From Monocercomonoides exilis PA203 (Eukaryota > Protista > Preaxostyla), in the NCBI GenBank assembly GCA_001643675.2, contig LSRY02000050.1, forward strand, positions 310,001 through 374,000: a stretch of DNA of 64,000 bases, given 5' to 3'. The notes under the pieces were generated by a model. That model was not told where the DNA came from. It did no database searches and worked only from the letters and a program-made list of their open reading frames with translations. Of the stretch, positions 1 through 10,907 are shown piece after piece; within the stretch, counting starts at the first letter, position 1, and each line of letters starts with the position of its first letter. Made by a program: the position numbers and the translations under genes.

Positions 1-1
1 G

Positions 2-3000
2 GAGAACAGTCTTGTTGGGCTGAAGCGGATTGGGGAGAATGGGAAGAGGAATGGGAATGGGAATGGGAAGGGGAAGGGGAAGAGGAAAGGGAATGGAATG
101 AAATGGAAGGAAAGAGCAGGAAGAGCTGGAGGGAGGAGGAGGAGTGTGGGGCATTTGATGAGTGGAAGAGACGGAAATGAGGGAGGAGAAGGAGAGGCAG
201 TTGTCGCTGAATATGAATTGCTGGACATCATCAAGCTGTACTGCTCGATGCAGGAGAAGGCGGTGTATGTGGATGGAGTGTCGGGGGTGGACACGCAAAC
301 ATGTGGGGCGCATGTGGAAGAGGCCTGCAAGACGTTTTCTCGAGCACTTTCTCACATTGATCACTCAGATTATTCTCGTTTATTTGTTTTGAATACCACT
401 GAACTTTATTCAAGCGAGGTGTTATCACAAGTGATGATAAGCAGCTTCAAAAGTACTTATCAAAGTCAGTTGCATATTCATACGGATAGCAAGCAAAGCT
501 ATTTTGATTCGATTGGCTTAGTTTGGTGTGAGAATAAAGTTGAAATAACGGAATTGCAGTTGATTCTGAATGAAAGCATGATGGGTGATGTCTCCTGTAT
601 TTTTAAGCTTTCGAATGGAAGTTTAAGTTTTCAGAAGGTCTTTGTGTTTGCAGAGCTTGATTTGCAGATGCGTTATTCACTTATCTTTGGAGAAATAGGA
701 AAGGTCAAAATTGAAGATTGCGATTTCTCGTATTTGGGCTTGTCCTTGCCTTTGATCACTATTTTCCCTCAATGTGCGATCGTCATAAAGTCTTCGAGGA
801 TAATAGATGTAGATATCACAGCCAATGGATGCCTTTTGAGGTGTTTTACGAACGGGATGAAAGAAGAATCTATTGTTCTTGTGGATAACTTGACCGTTTT
901 GAATGTTATGCTGCATGAAAGCTGTTTGGTGGAAGCGTGTCCCAGTGTGATACTCGGAGAAATGGAAGGAGAAGGAGGAAATGGAAGAGGAAGAGGAAAA
1001 AACAGAGAAATGAAAAGCCAAAGAGAAGGAGGAAGAGAAGGAGAGAGAGACGGAGAAGTGAAAAAAGATACTGAAAAAGAATCACATGAAAAAGGATTGA
1101 AGAATCTGGAGAGAAAAATTAGAGGTTCAATAAGAAAGCAATCAGCAGCGATGAATCATCAAAAATATTGGATATTCAAGAAGTATTCTTCAAATTCTAC
1201 GTCTTCTTCTCCTCCTCCTTTTTCTTCTATCAACAAAGAATATTATAATGATAATAAGGAAAAGAAGAAGAATAAAGGCAACAATATGTTCTTCATCCGA
1301 ATCGAGGAATCTTTTTTCTCTGACATTATTTGCTATTCTTCTTCTTCCATTTTCAACTTCATTTGCGAAGGAGAAGAAATTTTCTTGGTTAATTGTCAAT
1401 TTATGCGTTGTTCCTCTTCAACAGAAAATCAGTTTTTTGGATATTTTGAAAACGCAGATGCCAAATTTGAAGGGATTGAAGTTAAAAATGCGGAAGTTTG
1501 GAATTCGATTTTGGAGGAGGAGGAAGAGGAAGAAAAAGCAAATGAAGAAAAGGAAAAGGAAAAATCTCTTTCAAGTGGCACTCCTTCTGTTGACTTTGAT
1601 TTATCTCGATTTAAATATCCATCTATGTTGGCATCATTTTCCTCTTCTTCCATCTCTTCTTCCATTCCTTCAACAACTTCCTCTCCTTCTCATTCTCCTT
1701 CAACCACTCCATTCACCTGCCACATCACTCAAAATATCTTTCTTTTTACTAACTGCTCCATTTCTTTCTCAACTTCTAATTTCTCCTTCTGTCAATGTTG
1801 CCCTCTTCATTTAAAAAATAGCATTGCAAATCTTTCAAACATAACATTTTCAAATAATTCGCCAGGCTTTGAATCATTTCCGTCGTTCAGAAGAAATGTG
1901 TATTGCGATAATAGTAATCTGACGCTGGACAATGTGGTGGAAGAAGAAGAAGAAGAAAAAGAAAAAGGCAACGTTGATGATGATTATATAAATGATAACG
2001 AGTGTAATGAAGGGAATGAAGGGAATGAAGGAGAAATAGATGTTGTTGAAGAGAAAGAAAGAGATGAAGAAAGGGGAAGAAAAAGAGAGAAAGGAAGGAG
2101 ATCGGAGAGTGAGCTGTGGTTTGAGATAAATGGGAGCAGCAGCGTGCGGAGGAGAGGAGGAGAGGAATGCGAGTGGGTGGGGTTTGAGCCTTATTTGGAG
2201 AAGGTAGAGATGGAGGAGATGGGGAAGATGGAGGAGATAGAGGAGATTGGGAAAAGAAGAGAAAAAGGAGAAGGAGAAGAGATGATGAAAATTCGATTGA
2301 TTGGGGGTCGACTGATTCCGTGCAATCTGAGTTTTTGTGTGGAGTTGTATGAAGGGGAGGAGAAAGTTGTGAAGGAGTATGAGTTTGTGGAGAACAAGAA
2401 GGAGACAGAGGGAGTCGGGGTGATTGAGAAGAGTGTGATTTTGAGGGGGGTGAGGGATGGGAAGCACGATGTGAGTGTGAGGGTGGTGGTGAGGGGAGGG
2501 ATGGGGAAGAAGTGGCAGAGCAAAGAAGTGGTTATGATATCTGGGGAGAAAGGGAAGGGGAAAGGGAAGGGGGGAGGGATTGGGGAGAAGGAGAAGATGA
2601 TAATTGGTATTTGTGTTGGAGGAGGAGGAGGGGTGTGTGTAGTGAGTGCGGTGAGTGCAGCTATTGGGGTTGTGCGTGTGAGGAGGAAGAGGAGGAGGGA
2701 GAGAAGGGAGGAAGAGAAAGAGGAGGATAAGATGGAAGGAGAAGAGGAAGAAGGAGAAGGAGGAGAAAATGGAAAGGGGAAGAAGAAGAAGAGTTGGAGA
2801 GAAAAGAGAAGAGAAAGCATGGAATGGAAGACGAAGCATAAGAGGAGGAGGAGGAGGAGAGATGGGTTTGAGGATTGCGGAGAGGGAGATATGTTTGAGA
2901 GCTTAAGAGGGGAGAAGAGGGAAGAGAGAATAGGAAGAGAAGGAAGAGAAGGGGATTTTGTTGAGTTTTTAGGAGAGAAGGAGAGAGAGGAGAAGAGGAA

Positions 3001-3571
3001 GGATGGTGCAGAGATTGAGTTGAGTGTGGAGTGGAAAGAGAAAATGAAGGAAGCTGTTGATGAGGAGAGAATGAAGCATGCATTTGGAGACAGGCATTCG
3101 AGCAGGCACGATTCGGTTTGTGTTCCTCCATCGAGCTTGATGTTGCCTCCATCATCGTCTCCCTCTTCCTGTTCATCTCCCTCTTATCATTCATCTTCTT
3201 CGATTCCTTCACCATCTCTGACATCTTCACCATCTTCTCCGCTTTCGCCATTTGGTGTTCAGCAGGTAGGGATGGGTGAGCCGATTGGCAATAAGTTACC
3301 GAACAATAAGTTAATAGACAATAAGTTAATGTCCAGTAAGTTACAGGGAAATGAGTTGCTGAAGAATGAGTTGCTGAAGAATGAATTGCTGAAGAATGAA
3401 TTGTTGAGGAATGAATTATTGAGAAATGAGCTACTTCCGCGTCTGCCGAAGGAGCTTGTTGAAAACTATTCGATTCTGATAGAGCTGCTAGGGAAGAAAG
3501 GGGGGAAGGGGATGCTGTATGAAGTGCCAACAATACCAGCAGATTATCAGAGCGTGCATGCAGAAGAGTGA
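2..3571 (+). CDS. Large Cys-rich type-I membrane/surface protein, 5'-truncated by the window edge; paralogue of 9161-16402
   Basis: The frame is open from position 2 (ENSLVGLKRIGENG...), matching the internal sequence of the 2413-aa paralogue. Contains the motif VYVDGVSGVDTQTCG...ACKT, a TM helix (IIGICVGGGGGVCVVSAVSAAIGVV) followed by a basic stop-transfer stretch, and a tail with NELLK repeats. Confidence 0.85.
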   Translation, partial: ENSLVGLKRIGENGKRNGNGNGKGKGKRKGNGMKWKERAGRAGGRRRSVGHLMSGRDGNEGGEGEAVVAEYELLDIIKLYCSMQEKAVYVDGVSGVDTQTCGAHVEEACKTFSRALSHIDHSDYSRLFVLNTTELYSSEVLSQVMISSFKSTYQSQLHIHTDSKQSYFDSIGLVWCENKVEITELQLILNESMMGDVSCIFKLSNGSLSFQKVFVFAELDLQMRYSLIFGEIGKVKIEDCDFSYLGLSLPLITIFPQCAIVIKSSRIIDVDITANGCLLRCFTNGMKEESIVLVDNLTVLNVMLHESCLVEACPSVILGEMEGEGGNGRGRGKNREMKSQREGGREGERDGEVKKDTEKESHEKGLKNLERKIRGSIRKQSAAMNHQKYWIFKKYSSNSTSSSPPPFSSINKEYYNDNKEKKKNKGNNMFFIRIEESFFSDIICYSSSSIFNFICEGEEIFLVNCQFMRCSSSTENQFFGYFENADAKFEGIEVKNAEVWNSILEEEEEEEKANEEKEKEKSLSSGTPSVDFDLSRFKYPSMLASFSSSSISSSIPSTTSSPSHSPSTTPFTCHITQNIFLFTNCSISFSTSNFSFCQCCPLHLKNSIANLSNITFSNNSPGFESFPSFRRNVYCDNSNLTLDNVVEEEEEEKEKGNVDDDYINDNECNEGNEGNEGEIDVVEEKERDEERGRKREKGRRSESELWFEINGSSSVRRRGGEECEWVGFEPYLEKVEMEEMGKMEEIEEIGKRREKGEGEEMMKIRLIGGRLIPCNLSFCVELYEGEEKVVKEYEFVENKKETEGVGVIEKSVILRGVRDGKHDVSVRVVVRGGMGKKWQSKEVVMISGEKGKGKGKGGGIGEKEKMIIGICVGGGGGVCVVSAVSAAIGVVRVRRKRRRERREEEKEEDKMEGEEEEGEGGENGKGKKKKSWREKRRESMEWKTKHKRRRRRRDGFEDCGEGDMFESLRGEKREERIGREGREGDFVEFLGEKEREEKRKDGAEIELSVEWKEKMKEAVDEERMKHAFGDRHSSRHDSVCVPPSSLMLPPSSSPSSCSSPSYHSSSSIPSPSLTSSPSSPLSPFGVQQVGMGEPIGNKLPNNKLIDNKLMSSKLQGNELLKNELLKNELLKNELLRNELLRNELLPRLPKELVENYSILIELLGKKGGKGMLYEVPTIPADYQSVHAEE

Positions 3572-5002
3572 ATGAGAGAATGAACGAGAGAATGAACGAT
3601 GATGATGATGAAGCAGGGATGTTTATTTTCTGCAGGGGAAGAGCTTGGCTTTTGGAGCTGATTGTAAAGATTAGCGAAGAGAATTGCATTTTATGTTCAG
3701 CATTTAGTTATGTTCCTTGGGTGGTATGCTGTTGGAAGTGCCGCGCTCATTGGAAAAGTTTGTATCTTGTGGTATGTTTAATGCTTTTTTTAGATTTTCA
3801 GTTTATTTTAAGAGATCTTTTGGTAGTGACTTTTTTTATTTTTTGGGGAAAAAAAAAACGAAAATATTGTATTATTGTAAAATGTGCAAGAAATTACTAG
3901 TTTTAATAGCATTAGCTTTAACAGTTTGGGTTAGTGCACGCTTAACAACTACAATGTACATCAAATATATTTATATATATAAATACTTTTCGTTTTCTTT
4001 TTTTTAAAAAATCATTTATTTTCTATATTTTTTTTTTCCAATTATGTGCCGTCATATTTTTTTTTAAAAAAAAATGCATTTTGATTTTTAAAAAATATAT
4101 ATATGTGGATTTTTTCTAATTGGGTTATTATTTTTGAAATCATATTTTTTCTGTCAAAAATTTCGGTTAGAAAATTATTTTTGAATATTCGTAAATGAAC
4201 CCTGAAAAGAGAACATTCTAATCCAATAAACGCTTTTCTTTATTTCAGCTTGAAAATATGTTTTTAAAACAGATATTATGAATTTTTCATTTGAATTCAA
4301 AATCTCTTCTCAAAGACATATAACCCAAGAAAAGTTATCACCCCGAAAAAAGTTATGATTTCAAAAATTATTACCCAATTTTTTTTTAAAAAAAAAAATA
4401 AATAAAATAAATGGGGCAAAATATTTTGCTTCAGGCATTTTCATTGAAAAATACTGCACTTTTCATTGACTTTTTAAGATCAAAGAACACAATAAAAATG
4501 TGTCCATTTTTTGACATTCCCGAAATGTTGGAAAACTTTTTGTTTTGATTTCAATGATGCCATGTTAACAGATATGAAAATCAAATTAATTTCAAAATTT
4601 GATAAAGTTAAATAATGTTATGAGTGAAGCAATTTTTCTATGCCTTGTGCAAAAAAATCTTGAAATTTCGTATTTTCCACCAATTTAACTGTCGGTTGCT
4701 TTCTATTATAAAACTTCATTTTGAGCAATTTCGGCATAAGTGTAAAAAAACACCTCCTCCAATTTCACGATTTCATTCATGATAATAAGTGGTAATAAAT
4801 AACATAAAAAAACAACACTTTTGGGTGGAGCAGTTTTTTGAGATATCAACATAAAAAATCAAGAATAAATATTTGTGATCTGTCCCATAATTAAATTTGT
4901 TATTCAAACTTTTTTGCTTAAAACTTTAATGCCTGCAAATTGAAGGTTTATCTTTGGATTTGATAACGCAGCACTTAAATACTTCACAATTGAGGTTTGA
5001 AA
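1825..5002. repeat. Left arm of a 3178-bp near-perfect inverted repeat
   Basis: Reverse complement of 7730-10907. Paired coordinates sum to 12732 (e.g. stop codons 3571/9161). The only differences I saw are two compensating G-run indels near 2543-2574. Confidence 0.95.
3349..3435 (+). repeat. 15-nt coding tandem repeat (NELLK/NELLR, ~5-6 units), mirrored in the right arm
   Basis: AATGAGTTGCTGAAG-type units in the cytoplasmic tail. Confidence 0.85.
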
Positions 5003-5829
5003 TTTACACTTTATTATTTTTTTTAAGTGCAATGCTAAATACTTTTTAATATCTTTCTTAATTGTAACATCCACGTATTCATTCAATTTATTTTCAAAAA
5101 TATTAACACTTTTAAAGTTTAAGAAGTTGTTGTAAACGAATTGAATTAATCTTTCGTTTTTTTAAAGTGAAAACCTTGTTTATCTGAAGTTTTTTTTTTC
5201 ATTAACAAGAAAGATTATTAGTGAAACGAAGATAATCATTAAAGTGCCATTTGATTTAGATTATATATATATTTTGATAATTTGATTTATAGCTCATTTC
5301 ATTCGTATGTGATCGTCTTTTTAAGTGATAAATGATTTCTGTATTTTAATTAGAAAGTTATGTCAAGATGATTTTTTTGATGTTGCATGAAATTAAAATG
5401 TGTAAAATGAAAAACTTCTGAAAATACAAATATATTTTTAGTTCATTTACAGAAAAAAATAGATCCAATTTTTATTTTCTTGATGTTGTGAAAAAATGTT
5501 TTCTTTTTTAAACCTCAAGAAAACAACAAAAATGAGCTATTTGAAACACCTATTGACACATTTTTATATATGAAAACAGAAAAACAAACCATAACATAAA
5601 CTATATCATTTCGTCTATCTTTTTCATATTTTCATCTTTTCTGATCGCATCTTTAAGATTTCCTTTCTTTTGCTTCAACTTTTTTGTCTCCATATCAATC
5701 TCTTTTTCTGATAGAACAGATAATATTATAAAATTAGACTATCTTTGTTTTATGAAATGTAAAGAAAATAAACATGAAGCGAACTTGAATATGTTTGTCT
5801 GAAAGAAATAGCTGAACATAAGAGAAAGT

Positions 5830-6240
5830 TGTTAAAGTGCGAATAAGGAAGGAGGTTCAAGTCGATAACAAGGCATTTCGAATGCTCTGACGATTACATT
5901 GTTGCGAGGAAGTTTGGCAGTGACGAGGAGAGTATGGATGAGTCTTGTCGAATGATGGAAGCTACAGATGCAAAAAAGGAGACTTCTATGGTTGACTCAC
6001 CTTAAAAAGTTGGTTCTTCACAAAGAGCTTCTGAGGATGCGCTTGAAAGAGTTAGGAGTGAGGGAGAGACTTCTTTTTGATGTTGAAGTCAATAACATAC
6101 AGGCACATGGCTTCGTTTCGCATGCATAATCTGTGCAAATGACGAATTTCGCTCTGAAGGAAAAGTTTTCGATGGAAAGGACAGATTCAATGCTCAGGTG
6201 AGTGGGCATTGGAGGAGAAGAAAGATATACAGGAGAAAAA
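5830..6240 (-). pseudogene. Possible degenerate C-terminal fragment of an RLE-type (CRE/R2-like) non-LTR retrotransposon
   Basis: Reads LSLTPNSFKRILRSSL*...CICSFHH...RNNVIVRAF...LEPP with stops. This is reminiscent of the LxLxxxxFxxxLRxRL / CCHC / RHNxV / EP motif order. Motif-level resemblance only. Confidence 0.3.
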
Positions 6241-6316
6241 GATTACGAATAAGTCGTAGAAGGAGTATTGAAGATCTGAATGAGAGTAGAGGAGAGGAGA
6301 AGGTGGAGAAGAGATC

Positions 6317-6632
6317 GATGAAGATGAGGAAGATGAGGAAGATGATAAAGATGAGGAAGATGAGGAAGAAGAGGAAGAAGAATAAGATGAGGAAGAAGAG
6401 GAAGAAGAATAAGAAGAGGAAGATGAGGAAGAAGAATAAGAAGAGGAAGAGGAGGAAGATGAGGAAGATGAGGAAGATGAGGAAGATGAGGAAGATGAGG
6501 AAGAGGAGGAAGAGGAGGAAGAGGAGGAAGAGGAGGAAGAGGAGGAAGAGGAGGAAGAGGAGGAAGAGGAGGAAGAGGAGGAAGAGGAGGAAGATGAAAA
6601 AGATGAGGAAGAGGAGGAAGAGGAGGAAGAGG
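6317..6632. repeat. Purine-rich (GAG/GAA/GAT) low-complexity tract with 9-nt units (GAGGAAGAT, GAGGAAGAG)
   Basis: Directly visible. Confidence 0.9.
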
Positions 6633-6694
6633 CAAAATGTCAGAAGAAAAAATGACGATGAACATGAGTTATGTGAATGGACATTTCATGAAGA

Positions 6695-7520
6695 TTAAAA
6701 TGACGGAGCAATTATTCCATTTCCAGAAATTTCTGCGTCGGTTGCGCTGAAAGTAAGTTTTTGAGAAGGAACAAATATTGAGGAAAGGAGGGTAAAGGAG
6801 ACATTTTGGAGGAGGGAAATGAAGCCGTTGAGAACATACTCGATGGTTGCGCATGGGGTCTGTTGGGGACTGCCATATTCATCAGCATCAGTTCCATTAT
6901 TGGCAACGATTTTGTTCTGGGCGATGAGAGAAATCCAGCTGTTGCATTTAGAGTTATCCGCATGTCCATCATTCCAGACTCTTTGTGTTGGAGTTGTTGA
7001 ATAGCAATTCTTAAACGGAGATTGAGTTATAGCATTACCACTGAAGAACACATCGTTTCCTCTGCCATTTGTTGCAATATTTCCATCGAAGAAGCAGAAT
7101 GTGATGAATTTCATTCCATTCATCCAGGAATAAGTTGAATAAAAGAAAATGGCAGCACCTCCCCATGAAGTTGAATTTGATGTCAATTTGTTGTTTATAA
7201 ATTGGCAATCATTAACTAAAAATTGACTCGGTTTGTTGCTTGAAAGCCAATTGAATGAAATAGAACCAACAGAATCACCACCGGAATTTGAAATGCACTT
7301 GCATTCGGAGAACAGGAGTTGAGCACCTGAGGGGATGAAATAGAGTGAAAAATACAAACCAGTTCTACGCCAATCTGTTATTGAACAGCTTTCTACTCAG
7401 TTTTCTGAGAATGAATACACAGAAGATGATTGTCTTCCATCAATGCAAATTGCACCTCCGCGAGTGGCAGAACAGTTTGTGAAATTAGATTTTGTTATGT
7501 TAGCATTTTTCAAAAATTTC
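6695..7520 (-). pseudogene. Fragment of a beta-helix-like surface protein gene (cargo of the truncated Merlin copy)
   Basis: 220-aa ORF with WGGAAIF, CFFDGNIATNGRGND and YGSPQQTPCATIEY motifs. Homology to 43690-44197 extends upstream through an in-frame stop. Confidence 0.7.
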
Positions 7521-7729
7521 CAGATCATGAATGTTTAACCTTAGTCTTTAAGAATTCAGTGACAATTTTAGATTCAACAGTATGTAATTGAATATTGCTC
7601 TCTCATGATTTGATTGCAAGGAACAACGCTATGATTGATCTTTGAAGGGAACGCATTAAAATTACAGATGTACCTGCGGAAATTAATAATTCAGAAAATA
7701 CAACTGAAAAAATGATAAAAATTGCTCAC

Positions 7730-7999
7730 TTTCAAACCTCAATTGTGAAGTATTTAAGTGCTGCGTTATCAAATCCAAAGATAAACCTTCAATTTGCAGG
7801 CATTAAAGTTTTAAGCAAAAAAGTTTGAATAACAAATTTAATTATGGGACAGATCACAAATATTTATTCTTGATTTTTTATGTTGATATCTCAAAAAACT
7901 GCTCCACCCAAAAGTGTTGTTTTTTTATGTTATTTATTACCACTTATTATCATGAATGAAATCGTGAAATTGGAGGAGGTGTTTTTTTACACTTATGCC
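7730..7999 (+). mobile_element. Duplicated Merlin terminal segment ending ...CACTTATGCC (part of the inverted repeat)
   Basis: Exact inverted copy of 4733-5002. The flanks are inverted copies (GCAATTTC / GAAATTGC), not a direct TSD. Confidence 0.8.
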
Positions 8000-10907
8000 G
8001 AAATTGCTCAAAATGAAGTTTTATAATAGAAAGCAACCGACAGTTAAATTGGTGGAAAATACGAAATTTCAAGATTTTTTTGCACAAGGCATAGAAAAAT
8101 TGCTTCACTCATAACATTATTTAACTTTATCAAATTTTGAAATTAATTTGATTTTCATATCTGTTAACATGGCATCATTGAAATCAAAACAAAAAGTTTT
8201 CCAACATTTCGGGAATGTCAAAAAATGGACACATTTTTATTGTGTTCTTTGATCTTAAAAAGTCAATGAAAAGTGCAGTATTTTTCAATGAAAATGCCTG
8301 AAGCAAAATATTTTGCCCCATTTATTTTATTTATTTTTTTTTTTAAAAAAAAATTGGGTAATAATTTTTGAAATCATAACTTTTTTCGGGGTGATAACTT
8401 TTCTTGGGTTATATGTCTTTGAGAAGAGATTTTGAATTCAAATGAAAAATTCATAATATCTGTTTTAAAAACATATTTTCAAGCTGAAATAAAGAAAAGC
8501 GTTTATTGGATTAGAATGTTCTCTTTTCAGGGTTCATTTACGAATATTCAAAAATAATTTTCTAACCGAAATTTTTGACAGAAAAAATATGATTTCAAAA
8601 ATAATAACCCAATTAGAAAAAATCCACATATATATATTTTTTAAAAATCAAAATGCATTTTTTTTTAAAAAAAAATATGACGGCACATAATTGGAAAAAA
8701 AAAATATAGAAAATAAATGATTTTTTAAAAAAAAGAAAACGAAAAGTATTTATATATATAAATATATTTGATGTACATTGTAGTTGTTAAGCGTGCACTA
8801 ACCCAAACTGTTAAAGCTAATGCTATTAAAACTAGTAATTTCTTGCACATTTTACAATAATACAATATTTTCGTTTTTTTTTTCCCCAAAAAATAAAAAA
8901 AGTCACTACCAAAAGATCTCTTAAAATAAACTGAAAATCTAAAAAAAGCATTAAACATACCACAAGATACAAACTTTTCCAATGAGCGCGGCACTTCCAA
9001 CAGCATACCACCCAAGGAACATAACTAAATGCTGAACATAAAATGCAATTCTCTTCGCTAATCTTTACAATCAGCTCCAAAAGCCAAGCTCTTCCCCTGC
9101 AGAAAATAAACATCCCTGCTTCATCATCATCATCGTTCATTCTCTCGTTCATTCTCTCATTCACTCTTCTGCATGCACGCTCTGATAATCTGCTGGTATT
9201 GTTGGCACTTCATACAGCATCCCCTTCCCCCCTTTCTTCCCTAGCAGCTCTATCAGAATCGAATAGTTTTCAACAAGCTCCTTCGGCAGACGCGGAAGTA
9301 GCTCATTTCTCAATAATTCATTCCTCAACAATTCATTCTTCAGCAATTCATTCTTCAGCAACTCATTCTTCAGCAACTCATTTCCCTGTAACTTACTGGA
9401 CATTAACTTATTGTCTATTAACTTATTGTTCGGTAACTTATTGCCAATCGGCTCACCCATCCCTACCTGCTGAACACCAAATGGCGAAAGCGGAGAAGAT
9501 GGTGAAGATGTCAGAGATGGTGAAGGAATCGAAGAAGATGAATGATAAGAGGGAGATGAACAGGAAGAGGGAGACGATGATGGAGGCAACATCAAGCTCG
9601 ATGGAGGAACACAAACCGAATCGTGCCTGCTCGAATGCCTGTCTCCAAATGCATGCTTCATTCTCTCCTCATCAACAGCTTCCTTCATTTTCTCTTTCCA
9701 CTCCACACTCAACTCAATCTCTGCACCATCCTTCCTCTTCTCCTCTCTCTCCTTCTCTCCTAAAAACTCAACAAAATCCCCTTCTCTTCCTTCTCTTCCT
9801 ATTCTCTCTTCCCTCTTCTCCCCTCTTAAGCTCTCAAACATATCTCCCTCTCCGCAATCCTCAAACCCATCTCTCCTCCTCCTCCTCCTCTTATGCTTCG
9901 TCTTCCATTCCATGCTTTCTCTTCTCTTTTCTCTCCAACTCTTCTTCTTCTTCCCCTTTCCATTTTCTCCTCCTTCTCCTTCTTCCTCTTCTCCTTCCAT
10001 CTTATCCTCCTCTTTCTCTTCCTCCCTTCTCTCCCTCCTCCTCTTCCTCCTCACACGCACAACCCCAATAGCTGCACTCACCGCACTCACTACACACACC
10101 CCTCCTCCTCCTCCAACACAAATACCAATTATCATCTTCTCCTTCTCCCCAATCCCTCCCCCTTCCCTTTCCCCTTCCCTTTCTCCCCCAGATATCATAA
10201 CCACTTCTTTGCTCTGCCACTTCTTCCCCATCCCTCCCCTCACCACCACCCTCACACTCACATCGTGCTTCCCATCCCTCACCCCCCTCAAAATCACACT
10301 CTTCTCAATCACCCCGACTCCCTCTGTCTCCTTCTTGTTCTCCACAAACTCATACTCCTTCACAACTTTCTCCTCCCCTTCATACAACTCCACACAAAAA
10401 CTCAGATTGCACGGAATCAGTCGACCCCCAATCAATCGAATTTTCATCATCTCTTCTCCTTCTCCTTTTTCTCTTCTTTTCCCAATCTCCTCTATCTCCT
10501 CCATCTTCCCCATCTCCTCCATCTCTACCTTCTCCAAATAAGGCTCAAACCCCACCCACTCGCATTCCTCTCCTCCTCTCCTCCGCACGCTGCTGCTCCC
10601 ATTTATCTCAAACCACAGCTCACTCTCCGATCTCCTTCCTTTCTCTCTTTTTCTTCCCCTTTCTTCATCTCTTTCTTTCTCTTCAACAACATCTATTTCT
10701 CCTTCATTCCCTTCATTCCCTTCATTACACTCGTTATCATTTATATAATCATCATCAACGTTGCCTTTTTCTTTTTCTTCTTCTTCTTCTTCCACCACAT
10801 TGTCCAGCGTCAGATTACTATTATCGCAATACACATTTCTTCTGAACGACGGAAATGATTCAAAGCCTGGCGAATTATTTGAAAATGTTATGTTTGAAAG
10901 ATTTGCA
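7730..10907. repeat. Right arm of the 3178-bp inverted repeat
   Basis: Mirror ORFs in the ORF track (3717-4007/8725-9015, 3568-3900/8832-9164, 2661-3689/9043-10071). Boundaries were checked base by base. Confidence 0.95.

Larger units (their letters stand above)
4733..7729 (-). mobile_element. Truncated non-autonomous Merlin-family element (right-arm type) with cargo
   Basis: Begins GGCATAAGTGTAAAAAAACACCTCC...TTTGGGTGGAGCAG...GATCTGTCCCATAA, nearly identical to the reverse complement of the right end of the Merlin element at 46240-46396. Same internal order as that element (cargo fragment, low-complexity tract, AT-rich subterminal region, TIR). No transposase ORF. Confidence 0.75.

Noticed and set aside
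1874-3689. Long antisense ORFs opposite the surface genes (also 9043-10858, 15452-16385, 41921-42631)
   Set aside because: Shadows of purine-rich, low-complexity coding strands that lack antisense stop codons.
3568-4007. Short ORFs (110 aa, 96 aa) present twice in the window
   Set aside because: Duplicated only because they lie in the inverted repeat. 3'-UTR-like composition, no domain.
6198-6698. Protamine-like Arg/Lys-rich ORF (also 26230-26637, 42106-42501)
   Set aside because: Alternative-frame readings of GAA/GAG microsatellites.
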